From positions 1 through 64,000 of the forward strand of contig CAZUDQ010000007.1 of NCBI GenBank assembly GCA_964619365.1: a stretch of DNA of 64,000 nt, given 5' to 3'. This document shows, piece after piece, positions 9,204 to 18,266 of this stretch; position 1 is the first letter of the stretch; every line of letters begins with the position of its first letter. The position numbers and the translations under genes are program-made. The notes below the pieces were generated by a model. That model was not told where the DNA came from, ran no database searches, and worked only from the letters and a program-made list of their open reading frames with translations. Origin of the DNA: an uncultured archaeon (GTDB lineage Archaea > Altiarchaeota > Altiarchaeia > JAFGQM01).

Positions 9204-12200
9204 TTATTTTTTAACGGGGGTTTTAGAGTCTTTTGAACCTCCGCTTTTTATCTGTATGACTAACGCCGCTGCTAATAAAAATGCGATGAATACAAAGAGT
9301 CCGCCGCCGCTTTCAGGCATCCAAGGAACTTCTGCAAGAATGTTCGAATCTTTGTTGGCAAAGGTTTCTGACTGGGCAGGTTCGCCCATCATGTTGCCAG
9401 GCATTCCAGTTATCGCATTGTTTATGTTCGGAGCAAGAGTCATTCCGTCGCCATAGCTTGGGTCCCTTGGGATGTCCATGCCGTTATAAAATGTCCAAAG
9501 TCCTGTATTTGGGTCAAATGCGGCAACGCCTGTTGCGCCGCGCAGTTTCTCGACAGCTTCTGAGTCAAAAGTCTCAATGTCGTTTACGACATTTCCGTTC
9601 TCGTCTGTGTGCACTGCTTTTAAGGTGGGGTTGCCTTCGGCGTCAAGCCCTATCTCCAAGAGTTTTGTCTGCTTGTCAATAGTCTTTACAGAGATTATGT
9701 TTGCCGCGACATCAATTGTTGCAATCTCTTCAGGGTCTGCGCACTCTCCGCTTTTCCTGTCGCACATCCGGATATATTTTGTACATGTCCCGCCTGAATC
9801 GTCTGCAATAAATGTCACTGTGTGACCTGTTGTCTCAAATGATGAAATTGGACCAATAGTTTGTAAGTACTGTGCAAGATTTGGGCCTAAGTCTAGCATC
9901 AGACCCTGGAAGTCACAGACATAAGGTACTTCATCCTTGTTGGAGACACCGTCGCCGTCCTCATCCTCATCGCCGTCAAGTATGCCGTCGCCATCTGAAT
10001 CCGCATTAAAGGGATTAAGCCCCATTAAATACTCTATCCAATCGGGGATGCCGTCTGAATCAGAGTCTGTGTTATCCATTAGCTTGTTTGTTCCGGCCTC
10101 ATCGACTCCGAATGCCGTTGCCTTGCCTGAACCAGTGATATAAAGCCATACAGTAAGCGTATCAGTTCCATCAATCCACATCAACTGCCCTTTTTCTGTG
10201 TGCAAAACTTCAACATGAAGATTTGTATCAATACCATCAAGGAGTATTGTTTTATCAAGCCGTATGTCAATGCGCTTTCCTTTGACAATTCCTGCAGGGG
10301 AGGCAAGGACAAAGTATTCTCCGTCCTTTTCTACTTGTGAACCTTCTTTTGATATGATTTTTGTTATCTCTCCAAGTTCGGCAAGCGCGCGGTCGCGCTC
10401 TGCTTCAGAGTACTGTTTGTTAAGGACACCGTTGACATACTCGACTATGCATTTTATCACTTTTGTGACATCCACACTTGAGCCATATTCGCCCGAGTGA
10501 AGTTCTGCCTTCGCGCCAGCCCCTGAAAGGTCGCTTCTAAAAAGGATGTCTTTTGATTCTGTGTTTACAGTTATCGTGCTGGCATCACTTGGTATTATCG
10601 TTCCGACTCTTGGGGAGTCGATTGCCATTCTTAGCGGGTCGTACTCTTTTGCAAGGATGGTTCGCGTCTTGTTGTTCGCGTCTTGTTTTATGATTTTAAG
10701 TATCGGTTTTACCCCATCTTCAATCATGACTGCAGTTTTGTCTTTTCCATTAGGTGCGCGGTTATCGACCATCGCACGCTCTGAAATCTTACTTGAACTT
10801 GGAAGCTGCCATGAGGTTCCTGCAAAGAATATATAACAAAGCTTCTCTACTTCAAGGGCCCCTAAAAATCCTTCTTGATACTCTCCGCGGAACCAGAATG
10901 TGTTCTTATTCATGCGCTTTGCATCCTGCTCACGCATAAGATCCTGAACTTTTTCTGCTGTTCCATTAACGCCGTCTATTATGCGCTGGAGGAAATCCTT
11001 GCCGCTTCCTGAATACGTTGTCTTTGTGCCCGCAACAAGATTTGGGTCAAGTTCTTCTTTCGTGCTGCCGTCAAGTGTAATTCCTGACATGTCAAGATCT
11101 GTTGAAATTGCGGCACCCGTTGGAGTTTTTGCAGTAACCTCGCTTACCTCGCTTACCTCGCCAGACCCGGCTGATGAGCCTTCGAGTAATGAAGAAACAT
11201 TTGCGCCGCTAAATAAATCTGTTACAACAGCTGTTGCGCCGCCAGAATCATCTTTTACTGTCATGTGCACCCAATAATTAATGTCAATACAATTACTCAT
11301 ATGGTATGACAGATATGGTGCGGTGATAAGATCTACTAATGGAAGTGATTGTGCCACAAGACCGAATCCTGCTGAAGCGAGTAAGCTGGTGTCCCCTGCT
11401 GAGAACCCCATCTGGCAACGCTCTTCACCCGGGTCTAAGTTGATATATCCTTCAAAGGTTATCCCGTCACCCTGCTTTGTTGTTTTCGTTGCAGTCTTCT
11501 TTCCGGTGAGCTGGTTCATAAAGTCTGTTATCGCCTGAGCGCTGAATCCATTGCTTTCCCAAATCTCAGAGATTATATCAACGCCGTGAGTTGCAACGAT
11601 AACGTCCTTGTTACAATTTGAGTCTGTTTCAAGTTCCGTATTGTAGCTATGTGCTGAGCCTGATGTCTTTACCAAAAGAACTCCGTTTGCAAGCGACATG
11701 TCAATTGTCCCTGCAGAAGTTACGAATTTCTCATCGCCCTTCCCAGACCTGAAAGTCCATATCATGTCTTTAACGACATTTCCATCGCCGCGACACTGGA
11801 TATTTAAATCGACATCAGGGACGTCCTGGTCTCCTGAAAAACGCCACTGCATCATAGAAACCCAGTTGTTAAGGAAATCTGGGATAGCTATAAAGCTAAG
11901 GAGGTTTGCCCAGCCGTCAAGATAAGAGTTCCTGTTTGCAAGTATGTCGATATAGGGGTCGATACCGTTTAAGTAATTATCTATATTCTCCTGAGACCTT
12001 GCTTCTGGTGAGACTTTAAATATTGTTTGTTTTGAACCCACTCTGTCTGCTTCTGTGAATGCCGCGTTCTTGACTATTAAAAGCTCATATATCCCTTGCA
12101 GGACCTTTTGTTTTTTAGTAGTCGTCTGGCCCACTACCATCCGGCCCATTTTCTTAAACATCCCTTCTTCTGCGGCAGTTAGATAACCAAGTTGGCCCGC

Positions 12201-13928
12201 CTCTTTTGCACCAGCCGTAATCTCTTCGGCGAGTGTTTGGGCTTGTTTGGTAAAGGATCCAGCCTGACCGTTTAGAATAAGATTTATGTCGGCATCAAGA
12301 CTCGTGACTCCATAAGTTTTAAGCTGTCCTGATACTGCCTTGAATGCATCATCCGAGCCACTTCCTGCCATCACTTGTGCTAGGTAAGTATTATAAAGGT
12401 TCTCTGCTGTCTCATAGGCACTTGTCCTACCCTCAAGACCTGTTGTCTTTATTTTTGTCTCAATCAATGTTAGGAACTCCGCCTTGCGTGCAGCACCTAC
12501 AGAACCTCCCCCTGCCGCATCGCTAAGAAGCTTTTGTACATCGCTAATCTCGTCGCTGAATTTTATGTAGCTGTTTTTCAAAAGTGCTTGTGCCTCTACC
12601 TTTGTAATCGATCCTGCATTGACAAGTGATGCAAGTTCAGCCTTTTGCAGGGCTTCAATAGCCTCTGCATTCTTTACTGTCGCAAAGCTGTCTATTAACT
12701 GACGGGCGTTTGTGATTGCGGCTTTACTTCCCTTGTTATCAGCAAGTGTTGCAAGGTGTGTTCTGAGTTCATTTACGGATAGTGAATTCAGCTTTGCAGC
12801 TTCATCAGGTGACATACCTAGTACTCTTGCCACATCATCAAGTGCACTGGTTTTTAATTTTGCAAGCTCTGCCCCGTCGTCAAGGACTCCCAATAAATCG
12901 TCATATGCGTTTACAGGGATTGTTCCTGATGTCCTGCCCATGCTTATTGCATCATCAAAACTATTCATCTTGTTTGCAATCGAGCGTGAGAGGAATATGC
13001 TCTCGTCAGCACCAGAACCTAGTGCCTTGCTTGCAGCAGCGGCAATATCATCAGCTGTCCTTGGGACAAGTGACTTGCCCATCTTTGTGATACTGTTTGT
13101 AAGGTCTGTTACAAGACTGCTTACTTTTTGCCCGGCAGTCTTTAGCTGTGTCGGGGTTATTGGCATTGGTATGAAAAGTGAAACTGCAAAGGAAACAGGA
13201 AGGAAATTGTCATAGACTTTTTGTACGTTTGAATATATCATGGTTGAATAAGTTGTCGGCGAGAACATACCGTTTTTCTCATAGAACTCAAACCCGTTTG
13301 TCGCAAGTATCGTGTCGTGGTCAAGCCCTACAAGACTTTTTCCGAAATCAAGAGCTTGGTTTGCTGTTTCACGCAGAGTCTTGTTTGCGGTGATTTCAGG
13401 CGCACACTCACTTGCTCCTCCATCGCAATATGAAACGCGTGTTGTCTTGCCTTTTACTGCCGCAAAGTACGGTGAATCGGTTGAAGACTTAAAGAAGAAC
13501 TCGTCAGGTGAAACACATCCTGCGTTATAATCATATTTTCGCATGCCATCAGGCGTCCCTATATCATTTTCCTCTATTTTGGCATCTTCTGAATTGGGGT
13601 CTGTCTTGTTGTTAAACTCAGCTGCAATCTGTTCTGGTGTTTTTGCCAGAGCCAGCTTTGTATTGGTTTCAAGTGTCGCTTTGCCCGGAGTGGAGGCAAT
13701 ATCTGTTCTTGTCTGGAAACCCTCGGCATAAAGGCTGTTTTTTATTGTTTTTCGCTCATCCATTGTCAAGCGCGCAATGGGACAGTCAAAAGAGCGCGTG
13801 CCGGTTAAGGACTCAGAGCCGAATGTCGTTGAGGCAGTATCATTTGCAGAAAACCCACTGGGTATTATTGCAAGAAGGAGTATTACAGAAAGGCTTAATG
13901 AGAGTAATGGACCTTTTCTAGTCATCAT
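9204..13928 (-). CDS. Giant (~1575 aa) secreted, C-terminally anchored surface protein
   Basis: Signal peptide (RKGPLLSLSLSVILLLAIIPSGFSA); long Ala/Leu/Lys helical middle; Ca-binding DSDSDGIPD...DSDGDGILDGDE motif; C-terminal TM; start moved to the ATG at 13928. Confidence 0.8.
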   Translation of the reverse strand: MMTRKGPLLSLSLSVILLLAIIPSGFSANDTASTTFGSESLTGTRSFDCPIARLTMDERKTIKNSLYAEGFQTRTDIASTPGKATLETNTKLALAKTPEQIAAEFNNKTDPNSEDAKIEENDIGTPDGMRKYDYNAGCVSPDEFFFKSSTDSPYFAAVKGKTTRVSYCDGGASECAPEITANKTLRETANQALDFGKSLVGLDHDTILATNGFEFYEKNGMFSPTTYSTMIYSNVQKVYDNFLPVSFAVSLFIPMPITPTQLKTAGQKVSSLVTDLTNSITKMGKSLVPRTADDIAAAASKALGSGADESIFLSRSIANKMNSFDDAISMGRTSGTIPVNAYDDLLGVLDDGAELAKLKTSALDDVARVLGMSPDEAAKLNSLSVNELRTHLATLADNKGSKAAITNARQLIDSFATVKNAEAIEALQKAELASLVNAGSITKVEAQALLKNSYIKFSDEISDVQKLLSDAAGGGSVGAARKAEFLTLIETKIKTTGLEGRTSAYETAENLYNTYLAQVMAGSGSDDAFKAVSGQLKTYGVTSLDADINLILNGQAGSFTKQAQTLAEEITAGAKEAGQLGYLTAAEEGMFKKMGRMVVGQTTTKKQKVLQGIYELLIVKNAAFTEADRVGSKQTIFKVSPEARSQENIDNYLNGIDPYIDILANRNSYLDGWANLLSFIAIPDFLNNWVSMMQWRFSGDQDVPDVDLNIQCRGDGNVVKDMIWTFRSGKGDEKFVTSAGTIDMSLANGVLLVKTSGSAHSYNTELETDSNCNKDVIVATHGVDIISEIWESNGFSAQAITDFMNQLTGKKTATKTTKQGDGITFEGYINLDPGEERCQMGFSAGDTSLLASAGFGLVAQSLPLVDLITAPYLSYHMSNCIDINYWVHMTVKDDSGGATAVVTDLFSGANVSSLLEGSSAGSGEVSEVSEVTAKTPTGAAISTDLDMSGITLDGSTKEELDPNLVAGTKTTYSGSGKDFLQRIIDGVNGTAEKVQDLMREQDAKRMNKNTFWFRGEYQEGFLGALEVEKLCYIFFAGTSWQLPSSSKISERAMVDNRAPNGKDKTAVMIEDGVKPILKIIKQDANNKTRTILAKEYDPLRMAIDSPRVGTIIPSDASTITVNTESKDILFRSDLSGAGAKAELHSGEYGSSVDVTKVIKCIVEYVNGVLNKQYSEAERDRALAELGEITKIISKEGSQVEKDGEYFVLASPAGIVKGKRIDIRLDKTILLDGIDTNLHVEVLHTEKGQLMWIDGTDTLTVWLYITGSGKATAFGVDEAGTNKLMDNTDSDSDGIPDWIEYLMGLNPFNADSDGDGILDGDEDEDGDGVSNKDEVPYVCDFQGLMLDLGPNLAQYLQTIGPISSFETTGHTVTFIADDSGGTCTKYIRMCDRKSGECADPEEIATIDVAANIISVKTIDKQTKLLEIGLDAEGNPTLKAVHTDENGNVVNDIETFDSEAVEKLRGATGVAAFDPNTGLWTFYNGMDIPRDPSYGDGMTLAPNINNAITGMPGNMMGEPAQSETFANKDSNILAEVPWMPESGGGLFVFIAFLLAAALVIQIKSGGSKDSKTPVKK

Positions 13929-14256
13929 CACCCACCTCCCTTTTGGAAAAGAAAAACGCATATATTGCGATTATGCCCAAAAGTATAATTACATACGTTG
14001 CGACATCAGAATGAAATAGTGTCAGGTTCGTATTAATTCCAGTTTCAACAAAAACCGTGTATTCCATCAATGCGGCCATGAATGGATAAAATGCTAAGGA
14101 AATCAGGACTGAAGCAAGAATTGTCGAAAGAATCTTTTTGCCCAGGGTCGCAGAAGACATCTTGCGCACAATCTCGCATATGATAAAGACTGCCGGAAAC
14201 AGTATTACAGCAAACCACAGTACCATTTCGATTATTGTCCATAGTTCGCCTGTCAT
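13918..14256 (-). CDS. Small three-TM membrane protein
   Basis: Three hydrophobic segments; stop overlaps the start of the giant surface protein. Confidence 0.7.
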   Translation of the reverse strand: MTGELWTIIEMVLWFAVILFPAVFIICEIVRKMSSATLGKKILSTILASVLISLAFYPFMAALMEYTVFVETGINTNLTLFHSDVATYVIILLGIIAIYAFFFSKREVGDDD

Positions 14257-14333
14257 TTTGGGATTTAAAAAGGGATAAGTAAATTAATCCCTTAAATTAT
14301 ATAAATAGTAAAAGAGTGAGCTTGGCTTAAATC

Positions 14334-14759
14334 TTACGGCCAGGGCTTAAATGTCTTGACCCCGGTTGCCGTGTACACAGAGGGTTCTGTTGTGACAAGA
14401 GGTATCTTATAGACTATCGCACTTGATGCAATCATTGCATTGGGAACAGAAAGCTTACTATCGCGTTTTATCTTTCCTGCCAAGCTTGCAACCTCAAAAT
14501 TATCGTCCGCAAAATCAAATGCAGCAGAAAGCCAGCGGGATAGAGCTGCTTCCTCGCGCTTATTCCTGCAGAATGCATAAAGCTCTGCAATTACGCGTGG
14601 AGAGACAACTGGAGTCATCTCCCCTGAAAACACATGCTCTTCGAAAAAGGCTTTTGCTCTCGAGTTGCCAGAGAGATACTCTGCGACAACATTACTATCA
14701 AGGAGCGCCCTTTTGCTGAAGCTTTCTTTTAAGTAGTTTCTCAATTCTTTCATCTGCAC
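14334..14759 (-). CDS. vapC: PIN-domain (VapC-like) toxin
   Basis: ALLDSNVV...VIAELY...NAMIASSA..YKIPLVT PIN pattern; directly downstream of an AbrB-type gene. Confidence 0.8.
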   Translation of the reverse strand: MQMKELRNYLKESFSKRALLDSNVVAEYLSGNSRAKAFFEEHVFSGEMTPVVSPRVIAELYAFCRNKREEAALSRWLSAAFDFADDNFEVASLAGKIKRDSKLSVPNAMIASSAIVYKIPLVTTEPSVYTATGVKTFKPWP

Positions 14760-14982
14760 TCAAACGTTCGACTTTTGCTTTCATCTCAAAGTCGTTATTC
14801 TTCCACATACCAAAGACTTCACGGGAAAGGTCGCCTAAATCCTCGACTTTCCGCATTATGATTTCCTTTCCTTCAGAATCATACTCTATATTAAGGTAAT
14901 CGCCGGGGGATATCCCTGCCTTGTCGCGAATCGCCTTTGGTATGACAACAAGACTTTTCGTATTGACCTTAGAGAAGCTCAT
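14698..14982 (-). CDS. AbrB/MazE/SpoVT-family antitoxin
   Basis: SKVNTKSLVVIPKAIRDKAGISPGDYL motif. Confidence 0.88.
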   Translation of the reverse strand: MSFSKVNTKSLVVIPKAIRDKAGISPGDYLNIEYDSEGKEIIMRKVEDLGDLSREVFGMWKNNDFEMKAKVERLSADERIEKLLKRKLQQKGAP

Positions 14983-14997
14983 TTTGATAAGAAATCG

Positions 14998-15016
14998 TCA
15001 TACTTAGTCAGTATGA
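14998..15016. promoter_or_regulatory. Palindromic operator of the toxin-antitoxin promoter
   Basis: TCATACT-N5-AGTATGA between the minus-strand AAAAGCTTTTAA promoter element (15020-15031) and the antitoxin start. Confidence 0.6.
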
Positions 15017-15031
15017 GAATTAAAAGCTTTT

Positions 15032-15289
15032 TCAGGATTTACTTTCAAGCTCGGCAAGAACCTCTTTTCCAGCCTTTGTTAATTCATAAACTCGTCCAAT
15101 CTTGGCTTCGGGCGTAAGGCATGTTACGAGTCCCTTTTCCTTAAACTCACTAAGAGTTCTGCTGACGTGAGATGGTCTGATATCAGTCTTATGCCCGATT
15201 TCGGTGGGAGTCATTGGCGTCCTTAACGCCAGAATGATTGCTTTTCTCTGCTTAGACCTTACGACAAATGAATACAACTGCCACTCCAT
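15032..15289 (-). CDS. ArsR/MarR-type winged-helix transcription regulator
   Basis: RKAIILAL..PMTPTEI......SHVSRTLSEFKEKGLV...GRVYELTKAG. Confidence 0.9.
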   Translation of the reverse strand: MEWQLYSFVVRSKQRKAIILALRTPMTPTEIGHKTDIRPSHVSRTLSEFKEKGLVTCLTPEAKIGRVYELTKAGKEVLAELESKS

Positions 15290-15384
15290 ATGTCTATTAC
15301 ACTATCAAACTACTTACCTTTTTCTACCGTAGTATTAACAATCATATAACATTTATATAATAGGAACGGCTAATCTAGCTGAAA

Positions 15385-16038
15385 ATGGCTTCTGCAACCA
15401 AAAGAATACCAACTGGGGTCCCGGGTCTTGACAGGCTTATATCAGGCGGCGTGCCGGAAGGCTCAATTGTCCTTGTGACGGGAGCTCCGGGAACTGGAAA
15501 GACGATATTTTGCGCTCAGTTTTGCGCGGCAAACAAAAAAGAAGACGCAAGCTTTGTCTGCATTGAAGAAGAAACTGCCGACGTCCTTATACAGGCAGAG
15601 CAATTTGGAATTGGCTTAAATGGCGTCAGTATCATCTCGGCGCGTGAACTTCGCTTCGGGACAAAACAAAAACCAAACGACCTTGAAGAGAGGATAAACC
15701 TCCTTCTTGAAAAGCTTAAGGAGACCGGGGCAAAAGCGCTTGCGATAGATTCGGTTAGTTCCTTAGAAATCGTGGATTCAGATAAAACGCGCACTATAAT
15801 CGAGAGGCTCATTGAAGGCCTAAAGGAGCTTGGCGCAACAGTAATCCTTACGGGTGAAGCGATTAACGGTGACTATCCCGATATGTTTACTCCCTTTCTT
15901 AGTGACGGGATAATCAAGTTATACCTTGAAGAGGGAGAAGGCAAAAGAAAGCTTACAATCCCAAAAATGCGCCTTACAGAACAAGGCGATAACACATATC
16001 TAATCAGGATTGACAAGGGCGGTTTGCGGGTTTTGTAA
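15385..16038 (+). CDS. Single-domain KaiC/RAD55-like ATPase
   Basis: RIPTGVPGLDRLISGG, Walker A GAPGTGKT, AIDS Walker B, KMR motif. Confidence 0.9.
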   Translation: MASATKRIPTGVPGLDRLISGGVPEGSIVLVTGAPGTGKTIFCAQFCAANKKEDASFVCIEEETADVLIQAEQFGIGLNGVSIISARELRFGTKQKPNDLEERINLLLEKLKETGAKALAIDSVSSLEIVDSDKTRTIIERLIEGLKELGATVILTGEAINGDYPDMFTPFLSDGIIKLYLEEGEGKRKLTIPKMRLTEQGDNTYLIRIDKGGLRVL

Positions 16039-16042
16039 AAAC

Positions 16043-17230
16043 TTACTTCCCGCAGACAAGCTCCATCACATCGCGATGGGCAAGCTTGTGATCCTTTCCT
16101 ACGCGCTTCTTGCTCCTGACATCAATTGCACAGATGAACTTATCTCCAAAATCAGAGTGCAAAGTGTAAGCAAAATCTATTGCTTCAGAACCCGGCGGGA
16201 GAAGGAAAACGTCTGGAAGTATGCGCCCTTCAGAATCACAGAGTTTTGAAACGCCTCCGGGGAATATTGCAATCATGCCAAGAAGGCCGAATACCGCTTC
16301 GTTTAGAGCCTGTTGGACTCCTGTGTCCTTATGTTCCTTAAGGTACCCGCGAATCTTTTCAAGAGCCTCTTTTTGCTTATCGCTCAGATTTGCCCCTTCT
16401 TTTATCTTAAAGTCCGAGTCGCCCGGAACATATTCTATCATTCCTGCCTTTTCTGCCAGGCGAAGTGCGCGTTCGTTTTCTGCCGAGCATGGGACTATGC
16501 GATACTCTGGAAATTCTTCCTTTAGTTTCTTGAAATTCTCATATGCGCCTGGAAGGTCAAGCTTATTTGCAACAATTATCATGGGTTTTGCAATTTCCCG
16601 CAAGCTTGTTGCAAAATCAAGGAGCGCATCTTGCCCCCAAGTTGTCGCGTCTTCTCCAAGCTTGCATTTCTCCATTGCAAAAAGCACTTGGTTTTCAGTC
16701 ACGCCAAGACCTGCAAACTGTGTTGTTATCTGCTCTGAGAGCTTGCCTTTTTCCAGTTTTATGCGTCGGGCGAACTTATCCCAGTTCTTCTCAAGTATGC
16801 CAAGGTACCAGTAGTCTATCTCGCGTTCTAAAAAGCGCACGGTGTCTGCCGGGTTGTGTCCGGTTACTTTCTCCCCGCAATCGTTTGTCCGGCCTGAAGC
16901 ATCTATTACGTGGATTAATGCTGATGCACGTGAAAGGTCGTTTAGAAACTGGTTGCCCAGGCCCTTTCCAGTGTGCGCATCGGGGACAAGACCCGCCACA
17001 TCAAGAAGTGTTATTGGAACAAACCTCTGTCCCTCTTTACACATTCCTTGTCTTGGTGTGCACTGAGTGTTAAACTCGTGACAGACACATTCTATCCTCG
17101 CGTGTCCAACGCCTTGATTTGCTCCGATTGTCGTAAACGGATAGTCTGCCATCTCAGCTCCGGCTAAGCTTGCCGCATTAAAAAAAGTACTTTTCCCCTG
17201 ATTGGGTGCCCCCACGATTCCAATTAACAT
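16043..17230 (-). CDS. ychF: YchF/Obg-family translation-associated NTPase with TGS domain
   Basis: GAPNQGKST, YPFTTI, DVAGLV, GLGNQFL, ANKLD; C-terminal TGS; start moved to MLIGIVG. Confidence 0.92.
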   Translation of the reverse strand: MLIGIVGAPNQGKSTFFNAASLAGAEMADYPFTTIGANQGVGHARIECVCHEFNTQCTPRQGMCKEGQRFVPITLLDVAGLVPDAHTGKGLGNQFLNDLSRASALIHVIDASGRTNDCGEKVTGHNPADTVRFLEREIDYWYLGILEKNWDKFARRIKLEKGKLSEQITTQFAGLGVTENQVLFAMEKCKLGEDATTWGQDALLDFATSLREIAKPMIIVANKLDLPGAYENFKKLKEEFPEYRIVPCSAENERALRLAEKAGMIEYVPGDSDFKIKEGANLSDKQKEALEKIRGYLKEHKDTGVQQALNEAVFGLLGMIAIFPGGVSKLCDSEGRILPDVFLLPPGSEAIDFAYTLHSDFGDKFICAIDVRSKKRVGKDHKLAHRDVMELVCGK

Positions 17231-17312
17231 TGCAGGTATATTGAGCTTTTTTTTATTAAACCTTTTGTTAAAGAAGGGTAAATTTTGGTTCATAACGCCA
17301 AATTAAATTAAA

Positions 17313-18197
17313 ATGCAACAAAATCAGATGATAATAATGATAGTAGTCCTAGTCGCGATAGTCGCATGTGTTGCGATTGCCGCCGTGATGCTGACGAGCG
17401 GGCCGAGTACTCCGCCAGTTATACCGAAAACAAACATTACAATCCCAATGGGTCCGGGTCCAGTAATACCTGAGACCCCAATTACAACAGGAAGTGATGT
17501 TGTTTGCGACGTTTCTGCAAGTATGATGGGAATGGACATAAGTTACGAACTCGCATTAAGGAAGCCCTCAAAGGCTGCAATGTCGGTTGATATGGACTTA
17601 ACTATGCTTGGTGGAGAAAAAACCAGCACTACGATGATTTATGATACTGATGTGATATATGTTGAGGATCCGACATCTGGCAACTGGATAAAGATGAACC
17701 TTTCACAGGATTCAGAGCTTCTTGCACAGGCCAATATGGACTGGGACAAGCTTCTTAGTTTAGATGCAGCAGGCGTTGAGACTTACATGAAATCAGAAAT
17801 AGCAAACCAGCTTTCTGCAATGGGAACGGATACTGACATGACTTATGATGTAAGTTGTAAGAGCACAAGTGTTGCAGATTCGGTATTTGAACTGCCTGCT
17901 GATGCAAATGTAGTCACTGCGGACCTTGAAGGCCTTGGGGCTAACTTAGCAGGTAACTCAAGTTGGTGTCCTGTCGGGAACTTTACAACGACTGATGAGG
18001 TCATGGGTGAAGTGTTTGTCGAAGTAGTCGGTGTTGAAACAGTAGAAGGTGTTGACACATGCCACACCAAGACGACAATAGAGACTGTTGAAGGTACTGT
18101 GGTTGTCCAAGATTGGTCTGATATGGGTGGTACAAGTATTAAGACAACTGGTGTGATGACATCGCCAAACGGAACTATAATAGACCTGAGTGCGTAA
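17313..18197 (+). CDS. Membrane-anchored extracellular protein (LolA/LppX-like beta-rich domain suspected)
   Basis: N-terminal TM, Pro/Thr linker, acidic beta-rich domain ending VFELPADA, Cys pairs. Confidence 0.6.
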   Translation: MQQNQMIIMIVVLVAIVACVAIAAVMLTSGPSTPPVIPKTNITIPMGPGPVIPETPITTGSDVVCDVSASMMGMDISYELALRKPSKAAMSVDMDLTMLGGEKTSTTMIYDTDVIYVEDPTSGNWIKMNLSQDSELLAQANMDWDKLLSLDAAGVETYMKSEIANQLSAMGTDTDMTYDVSCKSTSVADSVFELPADANVVTADLEGLGANLAGNSSWCPVGNFTTTDEVMGEVFVEVVGVETVEGVDTCHTKTTIETVEGTVVVQDWSDMGGTSIKTTGVMTSPNGTIIDLSA

Positions 18198-18208
18198 ATC
18201 CAACTGAT

Positions 18209-18239
18209 GGGGGATTTTCCCCCTTTCTTTTTATTTTTT
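18209..18239 (+). terminator. Hairpin plus T-tract terminator
   Basis: GGGGGA-TTT-TCCCCC followed by tttctttttatttttt. Confidence 0.6.
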
Positions 18240-18266
18240 AAAGTTCTTTTCCAATTCTTCCTTGAA

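Noticed and set aside
11137-11161. 9-bp tandem repeat (acctcgctt) inside the giant gene
   Set aside because: In-frame EVSEVSEV linker repeat; too short to imply phase variation.
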